NCBI GenBank assembly: GCA_964016885.1
Contig: OZ024746.1
Location: forward strand, 75,578,001 to 75,642,000
Source: Eledone cirrhosa
Taxonomy: Eukaryota
Direction: 5' to 3'
DNA: 64,000 nucleotides
Both the position numbers and the translations under genes were made by a program. The notes beneath the pieces are model-generated. The model did no database searches and was not told where the DNA came from. It saw nothing but the letters and a program-made list of their open reading frames with translations. Positions 54,126 to 64,000 of the stretch are shown here, piece by piece; positions within the stretch are counted from its first letter, which is position 1; each line of letters begins with the position of its first letter.

Positions 54126-55348
54126 TGGTGGTGGTGGTGGTGGTGGTACTACAGTTGATTGTGATTATTGGTGTATTTGTGTTGGTGTGTGGTTGTTATT
54201 ACGGCGGTGGTGTTGTGATGGTGATACTAGTGGTTGTTATTATTGTTCTTGTTAAGGTGGTGGTGTTAGGGTTGTGATGGTAGTGTTGTATGCATGTTAT
54301 GGTGGTGGTGGTGTTAGGGTTGTGATGTTAGTGCTGTTGTGGGTGTGTTGTGGTAGTGGTGTTAGGGTTGTGATGTTAGTGCTGTTATGTACGTGTTGTT
54401 GTGGTTGTGATGGTGTTAGGGTTGTGATGGTAGTGCTGTTGTGGGTGTGTTGTGGTGATGGTAGTGCTGTTGTGGTGGTGGTGTTAGTGCTGTTGTGGTG
54501 GTGGTGTTAGTGCTATTGTGGTTGTGTTGTTATGGTCTCGTTTCTTTGATAGTGGTGACGTAGTTGAGTCCTAGGTTAGCTCTCATCAAAACAGACCTAT
54601 GGTCAAATTCGTTCCAGTCGTAACTATCCTGTCTTACTTTAGACACTGTAACCAAAACTACATTATCCAGTGTATCCTCCTTTTTTTAAGGTTTGATTTT
54701 AAAGAAATGTGATTGTTATTTCTAAGCAAATGGTTGACAGTCTCTAGCAGGTGCAGTGTCTCAAGCTGGACATATACTTCCCTCACTGTACAGTCTATTT
54801 CGGTATATAGGAATCCTGTAGATTCTGATGCTGGTCACAACAGAGATGAGTAAAATGGGCTATTCCTCTACCCTTATTGGTTATGGTGTACATCCCAGTA
54901 TGGTGGGGGTACAGTGAAAACTATTGGTGTTGTGGTGGGGGTTGTTGTTTTTTTGTTTATGTGGAGGATTTTTTGTTTATCTGGGCCAGATTTTCCCAAA
55001 CCTGTTTGGACTGCTGAGAATTTTTAAAGAATATATTTCATTACCGCCATCACCATCCAGCCATGCCATGAATTTGATTTCTTTTTTTAATATACATTGA
55101 AAATAGAATTTGAATAATTCATTAACTTTTTATTATATTTAAGTATTTATTGAATAACTAAAGGCGGCAGTTTTATGAGCAACTAGGAATTTGTATTCTT
55201 TACCCCTTTCCTCTTGCTATCGTTTGTCTTCTGATGGCCCACCACCCCCGTTTCCTTCTAGTGTCCTTCACCAGCACCCCCAAGGATGTAGTAGTGCCCA
55301 CTTTGGGAATCAGTGGTTTAGACTGGGAGTGACAGTATTTTTGTTTAA

Positions 55349-55554
55349 CCCTTTAGTATTTACATTACCCTATATACTATTGTATTTTCAAGGTAAAGAC
55401 TTTACCTCACATAATATCGAGTCTATGAGATTTTAATATTATTTATTTTGAGAACAATACCTTAAAATCAGAATGTGTGGCCAGTTACAGTCAGTTTCAA
55501 TAGAAAGATGTCAGAGAATTCTAGCCGAATACGGCCGGCTTAAATGCTAAAGGG
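55349..55554. mobile_element. piggyBac-type MITE
   Basis: TTAA|CCCTTTAGTATTTA ... TAAATGCTAAAGGG|TTAA. Confidence 0.8.
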
Positions 55555-55721
55555 TTAAGGATGTTATAGTCATGTTCTTGGGGATCTTGTATTGTATATG
55601 TATGTACATGAGTATTTGGTGGTGATCCCTTGTGTAGTGACGAACTGTGGGGCTTTAAGTTTGCTTTAGCAACAAACTGTGCTCCTTTGTTAGGTTTTCA
55701 TTTGTAGTATTTCTGTTTCTT

Positions 55722-56065
55722 TGTGGAGGTGGTGTGTGGGTTGTAGACTGTGGAGGTGGTGTGTGGGTTGTAGACTGTAGAGGTGGTGTGTGGGTTGTAG
55801 ACTGTAGAGGTGGTGTGTGGGTTGTAGACTGGAGGTGGTGTGTGGGTTGTAGACTGTGGAGGTGGTGTGTGGGTTGTGTAGGTAGTGTGGGGTTTGTGGA
55901 GGTGGTGTGGGGTTTGTGGAGGTGGTGTGGGGTTGTGGAGGTGGTGTGGGGTTGTGGAGGTGGTGTGTGGGTTGTAGACTGTGGAGGTGGTGTGGGGTTT
56001 GTGGAGGTGGTGTGTGGGTTTGTGGAGGTGGTGTGGGGTTTGTGTAGGTGGTGTGTGGGTTGTGT
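55722..56065. repeat. Minisatellite with units of about 20-27 bp
   Basis: TGTGGAGGTGGTGTGTGGGTTGTAGAC. Confidence 0.9.
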
Positions 56066-56345
56066 ACAAACTTATCATACATAGTGTACTGCTTTTATGT
56101 TCTTTATAATATGAAGCGATTAGAAGCCCAGCTATGACTGACATGATGTATGGTGGATAAAATATATTTCTACACCGTTGTTGCTGTTTCTTTCTGTTGG
56201 ACAATTGTGGTATCTGTGGTTGATCCATGTATTTTTGTCCCCCCCCTCTCTCTCTCTCTCTCTCTGGTTGTAACGGTTGATTATATTTGATGCTCTCTGA
56301 TGTTTCTGGTAAGGTGAACTGTGAGTTCTACTTCAAGCCTGTTGT

Positions 56346-56631
56346 CAGGGCCAGATTAATACCTTTAAGGCCCTAAGCATAGAAAAGATTGGTAGCAGAG
56401 GTATGGTCTTTTTTATGGGTCCAACCCGGTTCAGCTGCAACCAAGGTCAAATTAAATCCTTTTAAAGCCCTAAGCACTGAAAAAAAGTATCCCCCCCCCC
56501 CCCCATATATAAAATCTGAAAAAAAAAATGTTTTTTAAATGACAAATACATTTAATTTGAATAAAAGAGTGCCCCCACTTCTCTTGATGCCCTAAACATG
56601 TTTATTTTGCTTGAAGGTTAATCCAGCCCTA
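56346..56631. mobile_element. hAT-type MITE
   Basis: TIR-like CAGGGCCAGATTAA / TTAATCCAGCCCT, with subterminal GCCCTAAGCA motifs. Confidence 0.55.
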
Positions 56632-57191
56632 GCTGCAACATTGCAAGACGGCTCATTAAAAATAAATCTAGCATAAAGAAAACGCTCTATTGAGTCCTTC
56701 TTTGGCCCTGAGGACATGCTTATTTTGCTTAATGATTAGATCTATAGCTATCTGTTGTTGTGAGGCCGGGTTTCTTGGTAATTTTCAGTAGGGTTCGAGT
56801 ATTTGTAGAGCAGTGTCTAGGAAATATTGGGGGAAGGATGTGTGATGTCACCTGCATATAAGGTTATGTATGTTTTGTAGAAGTGCAGGTAGGTCTTGTA
56901 ACTATAGGTTTAAAAGTGTGAGTGCGGGGATGGAACACTGGTTTTCTAATCAAGAAATTGTAAGGTCTAGAATTGTTTTACTTGTAAACTACATAAACTG
57001 TTGTACAGGTAAATTGTGTTTTGTGTTATTTTTTAACCCTTTCATGACTTTTTTTTGAAATACCTTGAATGTGTTTCATTTAATTTGGAAAATAATCAAT
57101 GATTTTCATTAAGTTGGTGTTAAGAACATAACGAGGTTCTTACATAAAATTATGATGGAAGGTTTTGATGTAGATATAAGCAGTTTAAAGT

Positions 57192-57445
57192 GGAGGTGCA
57201 TGGCCTAGTGGTAAGGCTGTTAGACTTAATCATAATGTCATGAGTTCGATTCCTCGACTGGGCTGTGTGTTGTGTTCTTGATTAAAACACTCCATTTCAT
57301 ATTGCTCCAGTATACTCAGCTGAAAATGAGTATAACTGGGGTTTTAACCCTGCAATGGACTGGTGGCCTGTCGAGTGGGCGGACGGGGGTCTTCTAATGC
57401 CATGTAAACCAGGATAAGCACCGGCCTTGTGAGCCTCTGGACTGA
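57192..57445 (+). mobile_element. tRNA-derived SINE family B
   Basis: TGGCCTAGTGGTAAGG (A box) and GAGTTCGATTCC (B box). Confidence 0.75.
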
Positions 57446-58453
57446 AGACAGACTTTAAAATGGAATTTTATCACAAAACCAGAGGCTGTTTCAGGTGGAT
57501 TTATATTGAAGGGGGGCTATGGTAGTGTTGAGGGTTTTTTTTTTATATGGCAGGAAAGGAGGGGGGGGGGGGGTAGTTGAAGAATTTGTTGATGCCCATG
57601 GTAGTTAGAATGGTGTATGTCAGAAGTATTGTCGTTTGTTGAAGTCATCGTCTATTTTATAGTGAGGTTTTATGGGTAGTGTGGTGGCTCTGAGAGTGGT
57701 GGTGGTATTTGTGGTTGTGGTTGTGGTGGTGGTGGTCTGTGTTGTTGTGGTGGTGGTATTTGTTGTTGTGGTTGTGGTGGTGGTGGTATTTGTTGTTGTG
57801 ATGGTGGTGGTATATGTGGTTGTGGTGGAGGTGATGATGATAGTTGCAAGGGTGTTTATGGTAACTGATGGTGGTGGTGGGGGTGGTATCTAGTGGCTGT
57901 AATTGTGAGAGTGGTAGTTACAGTAAGGGGGTGTGGTAACTAACGGTGGTGATTTTTGAGGGTGGTAGTTGCAGTGGTGGTGTTGGTATTTATTGTCGTT
58001 GGTTGTGTATGGTCGGTGGTGGTGGTAGTAGTAGTAGCTGTTGTTGTTGTTGGTGGTGGTGGTGGTGGTGTAATTGTGGTGGTGGGAGACTTAATAAAAA
58101 TTTAAAAGAATAAAAAATAAAAAGTTTAAATTGTTCCAGTCCTAGAAATGGTGTTTCCATGGCAACTGACATATCATGAATACATACATGTTCCCTGGCA
58201 ACGCTCACGCCTGCATGTATGTATATGTGTTTGCTTTATACGTGTGTACTTGTTTATGTATTTGTGTTTATGTTTATGCCTGTATCTGTGTGTGTGTGTA
58301 AGTGTTTGTTTCTTATATAAATCTTTATCTTAAATTGGACTGACTTTAATTTCACTTGTTTTACACACACACGTGTGGAGGGTGGCATGTAGTATCTATC
58401 ATGCGCGTGTGTGTATGTATATATATATATATGTGTATGTGTGTGTGTATATA

Positions 58454-58485
<32 letters not shown>

Positions 58486-58527
58486 CATTATACATATATT
58501 GCATGCATACATATTAAATGTGTGTAT

Positions 58528-58669
58528 ATGTACTATATATATAAAACATATATATATATATGTACTATATATATAAAACATATATATATATATGTACTAT
58601 ATATATAAAACATATATATATATAAAACATATATATATATATATATATATATATGTACTATATATATAA

Positions 58670-58704
<35 letters not shown>

Positions 58705-58715
58705 TATATATATAA

Positions 58716-58750
<35 letters not shown>

Positions 58751-59408
58751 TATATATATAAAACATATATATATATATATGTACTATATATATAAAACAT
58801 ATATATATATATATGTACTATATATATAAAACATATATATATATATATGTACTATATATATAAAACATATATATATATATATATGTACTATATATATAAA
58901 ACATATATATATATATATATGTACTATATATATAAAACATATATATATATATATATGTACTATATATATAAAACATATATATATATATATGTACTATATA
59001 TATAAAACATATATATATATATATATGTACTATATATATAAAACATATATATATATATATATGTACTATATATATAAAATATATATATATATATGTACTA
59101 TATATATAAAATATATATATATATGTATGTACTATATATATAAAATATATATATATATATGTACTATATATATATATATGTACTATATATATAAAATATA
59201 TATATATATATGTACTATATATATAAAATATATATATATATATGTACTATATATATAAAATATATATATATATATGTACTATATATATAAAATATATATA
59301 TATATGTACTATATATATAAAATATATATATATATGTACTATATATATAAAATATATATATATATATGTACTATATATATAAAATATATATATATATGTA
59401 CTATATAT

Positions 59409-59447
<39 letters not shown>

Positions 59448-61198
59448 TATATATATAAAATATATATATATGTACTATATATATAAAATATATATATATA
59501 TATATATATATTTTATATATATAGTACATATATATATATTTTATATATATAGTACATATATATATATGTACTATATATATAAAATATATATATATGTACT
59601 ATATATATAAAATATATATATATGTACTATATATATAAAATATATATATATGTACTATATATATAAAATATATATATATGTACTATATATATAAAATATA
59701 TATATATGTACTATATATATAAAATATATATATATGTACTATATATATAAAATATATATATATGTACTATATATATAAAATATATATATATATATGTACT
59801 ATATATATAAAATATATATATGTACTATATATATAAAATATATATATATGTACTATATATATAAAATATATATATATGTACTATATATATAAAATATATA
59901 TATATGTACTATATATATAAAATATATATATATGTACTATATATATAAAATATATATATATATATGTACTATATATATAATATATATATATATATATGTA
60001 CTATATATATAATATATATATATATATGTACTATATATATAATATATATATATATATGTACTATATATATAATATATATATATATATGTACTATATATAT
60101 AATATATATATATATATGTACTATATATATAATATATATATATATATGTACTATATATATAATATATATATATATATGTACTATATATATAATATATATA
60201 TATATATGTACTATATATATAATATATATATATATATGTACTATATATATAATATATATATATATATGTACTATATATATAATATATATATATATATGTA
60301 CTATATATATAATATATATATATATGTACTATATATATAATATATATATATATATGTACTATATATATAATATATATATATATGTACTATATATATAATA
60401 TATATATATATATGTACTATATATATAATATATATATATATATGTACTATATATATAATATATATATATATATGTACTATATATATAATATATATATATA
60501 TATATGTACTATATATATAATATATATATATATATATGTACTATATATATAATTATATATATATATATATGTACTATATATATTATATATATATATATGT
60601 ACTATATATATTATATATATATATATGTACTATATATATAATATATATATATATATGTACTATATATATAATATATATATATATATGTACTATATATATA
60701 ATATATATATATATATGTACTATATATATAATATATATATATATATGTACTATATATATAATATATATATATATATGTACTATATATATAATATATATAT
60801 ATATATGTACTATATATATAATATATATATATATATGTACTATATATATAATATATATATATATATGTACTATATATATAATATATATATATATATGTAC
60901 TATATATATAATATATATATATATGTACTATATATATAATATATATATATATATGTACTATATATATAATATATATATATATATGTACTATATATATAAT
61001 ATATATATATATATGTACTATATATATAATATATATATATATATGTACTATATATATAATATATATATATATATGTACTATATATATAATATATATATAT
61101 ATATGTACTATATATATAATATATATATATATATGTACTATATATATAATATATATATATATATGTACTATATATATAATATATATATATATATGTAC

Positions 61199-61230
<32 letters not shown>

Positions 61231-61530
61231 GTACTATATATATAATATATATATATATATGTACTATATATATAATATATATATATATATGTACTATATA
61301 TATAATATATGTACTATATATGTACTATATATATAATATATGTACTATATATGTACTATATATATAATATATGTACTATATATGTACTATATATATAATA
61401 TATGTACTATATATATAATATATGTACTATATATGTACTATATATATAATATATGTACTATATATGTACTATATATATAATATATGTATAATATATATAT
61501 AATATATGTACTATATATATAATATATATA
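58528..61530. repeat. AT-rich satellite of about 3 kb, units of about 28-32 bp: TGTAC-(TA)n-AA(AAC)-(TA)n
   Basis: Direct reading; two inverted units at 59511-59557. Confidence 0.95.
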
Positions 61531-61701
61531 TATATATATACACGTGTGTGTGTGTGTGTGTGTATAAACAAGTTCTGTGAGATAGAATAAACAGTGGAGG
61601 GGTCTATAGTGGGTATAACTGAGTGTTGGCGCACCTTTAGTGGGGTATATAAGGAATGTATACACACTGTCGCACACATATTGTCACTCACTCCCACAGT
61701 C

Positions 61702-61793
<92 letters not shown>

Positions 61794-62191
61794 CATGTCG
61801 TGCCAAAACGTCTGCTATTGGAGATGTAATTACTTCCTGTTGTGTCATTGTTATGGGAATGAGAGGGGAGTAAGGGGAGCGGGGGGTTGTATTTGGTGGG
61901 GGAGTTTATAGTTGATGTGGGGTTAGGTTGTAGTTGGTATGGGGGGGGTATATTGGGTGTGTATAGCCAGAGAGAGGGGATGTGTAAGGAGGATGTATGT
62001 AGAGGAGGAGGTATCATGAGGGTGAAGGAGGAGGTGATAGATAGTTTTACAAAAAGTACTTCAGTAATATCTTACCCCTCTCACCTCCCCTTCATCATCA
62101 ATATTAAGCACAGATGTCTCTCCTGCTACACCCCACCACTTCATAACCACTCTGCTTCACCACCAGCACACCACCCCCATTATCACCCCAC

Positions 62192-62381
62192 ATAATTGTT
62201 TCTACTTTAGGCACAAGGCCAGCAAATACCCAGTGCATTACTGGTACTTTATTTTATCGACCCCGTAAGGATGAAAGGCAAAGTCAACCTCGGCGGGATT
62301 TCATCCTTACGGGGTCGATAAAATAAAGTACCAGTAATGAACTGGTAATTGCTGGCCTTGTGCCAAAAGTAGAAACAATTA
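62192..62381. mobile_element. Fold-back SINE family A (two inverted 3' halves)
   Basis: Arms 62192-62275 and 62299-62381. Confidence 0.9.
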
Positions 62382-62510
62382 TTATAAGACATGTAAGCCC
62401 TACTGTCAAGCTTCCACCATTAGCAAAATAGGGAATTAAAACCAAATCATTCAATTTTACTTTCTCTCATTTCCCCATCAAAACAATTTAAGGTTGTCTG
62501 TAGGGCTTAC

Positions 62511-62550
<40 letters not shown>

Positions 62551-62680
62551 GTAAAAGTTCTATTTAAATTGTTGGGATACAACAAGCAAATAGTTTTATA
62601 ACTGATATAAAGCACTCAACAAATATTTGGAGTAAAAATACGATATTAACAAATGGAAACTATATTTATAAAACCATATT

Positions 62681-62745
62681 TATTTCATTATACATATTTC
62701 AAGGACACCAAGTTAAATTATGGTGTGCTTTCATCAGATAAAATA
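62681..62745 (-). ncRNA. Type I hammerhead ribozyme
   Basis: UAUUUUAU-CUGAUGA-AAGCACACCA(loop)UGGUGUCCUU-GAAA-UAUGUA-UA|AUGAAAUA. Confidence 0.8.
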
Positions 62746-62817
62746 TAATATAGATCAGTTTTATAAATAAATATTGACATACCCTTAAAGAATGCAACCA
62801 TTGCTGTTGGAAGCTCC

Positions 62818-62867
<50 letters not shown>

Positions 62868-62877
62868 TATATAAGTG

Positions 62878-62995
62878 AAGGCGTGTGGCTGAGTGGTTAG
62901 AGAATTGGATTCGCAATCGTAAGGTTGTGAGTTCGATTCCTGGACCAGACGATGTGTTATGTCCTTGAGCAAGACACTTTATTTCACATTGCTCC
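62878..62995 (+). mobile_element. tRNA-derived SINE family B, 5' part
   Basis: TGGCTGAGTGGTTAG...GAGTTCGATTCCTGGACC...TCCTTGAGCAAGACAC. Confidence 0.8.
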
Positions 62996-63646
62996 TTCTA
63001 CCTGGAGTTGCGACCGATAGATAGTATTAGCAATTGGAAAGACCAACGGAAACATTGTTCCCTCGGTCCGATTTGACGAAAGTCGATCGTTCCTATATAT
63101 ATATATATATATGCCATTTAAGTTGTGTTGTTAAACAAATCTGTAGAACTAGCGATTCCAGTTAGTAAACAATGATGCAACAAATTAAAGCACTTATCCT
63201 TATGCAAAGTGTCTATCATAGATGTGGTATCCCGTGGCTGGTGCAGGAATGGAGTTAAATATTCATTCAAAGAAACAGAAGGCTGGACTGGAAACTTTCT
63301 TTAAAATTTTAATTCTGCGAATATGAATAGTGTTTTCGGGGAATTAAAATTTTAAAGAGTTTCCTGTCTGGCCTTCAGTTGTTTGTAATGTATATAGATA
63401 TAGATATATATATGAGAGAGAGAGAGAGAGACCAAGTCCACTAATCATGAGAGTAGTCAATGCATAGGGAGATGCAGAGTGGATATGGAGATAGGTAAAA
63501 TCCCAATTGTGGCATCATCATCATCATCATCAGACTGGTGTAGTGAATCATTGGGGGTGCATTCTAACTATTGAGACTGATCTCTGTCCACCATTATACA
63601 CGGAAGGGCTGCAGTGTTCTTCAACTTGCCCTGGGGAATGGTTTAA

Positions 63647-63864
63647 CCCTTTAGCATTTAAATCAGCTATAGCCAGCCTGAATTCTCTCAACTCTTTCTG
63701 TTCAAACCGGCCATAACCAGCTGCTCATACAGAAGTTAAGGTATCGTTCTCAAAATAAATATCAAAATCTCGTAGATTGGATATTATGTGAGATAATTAT
63801 ATGAGGTAAAGCCTTTACTATGAAAATACAATAGTAAATATAAGATAATGTAAATACTAAAGAG
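63647..63864. mobile_element. piggyBac-type MITE (same family as 55349, opposite orientation)
   Basis: TTAA|CCCTTTAGCATTTA ... TAAATACTAAAGAG|TTAA. Confidence 0.75.
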
Positions 63865-64000
63865 TTAAGACAAGTTGTCATCATAGGATAAATGTCCATA
63901 CCTGGTAAGCTTTGGTCTTTTCACTGTTGTAAGAAATGGTTCCTGCCTGCCTACATATTTGCTGACACTGTTCATCTCTCACAAATATTTGATCTCTCTA

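Noticed and set aside
62878-62950. tRNA gene (also 57192, 36974 and 21345-21628)
   Set aside because: A/B boxes are present, but there is no clean cloverleaf and the sequence continues into a shared SINE body.

Overview
AT-rich, microsatellite-saturated animal genomic DNA. The repeat landscape looks like a coleoid cephalopod (Octopus-like); that assignment is an inference. Only one convincing host coding exon is present (44884-45865, +): a signal peptide, a long N-glycosylated linker and a 12-Cys IGFBP domain, CRIM1-like or IGFBP-related. The rest is TE debris: tRNA-derived SINEs, RTE and CR1/L2-type LINE fragments, an R4/Dong-type RLE element inside (CATA)n, Penelope-like (RT/GIY-YIG) elements, three Helitrons, a hAT transposase remnant, mariner/hAT/piggyBac MITEs, an LTR end and several minisatellites. 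The main hidden signal is about 20 hammerhead-ribozyme (HHR) motifs from roughly 10 sequence families, read by eye on both strands. They include non-canonical cores (U3-A8, CAGAAGA, CUGAAUGA). Most sit in tiny non-coding fold-back or inverted-repeat units next to (TA)n tracts. One such unit has a 12-bp TSD, and another is a 335-bp palindrome about 0.5 kb upstream of the host exon's splice acceptor. All structures were paired manually; none was computed or tested.
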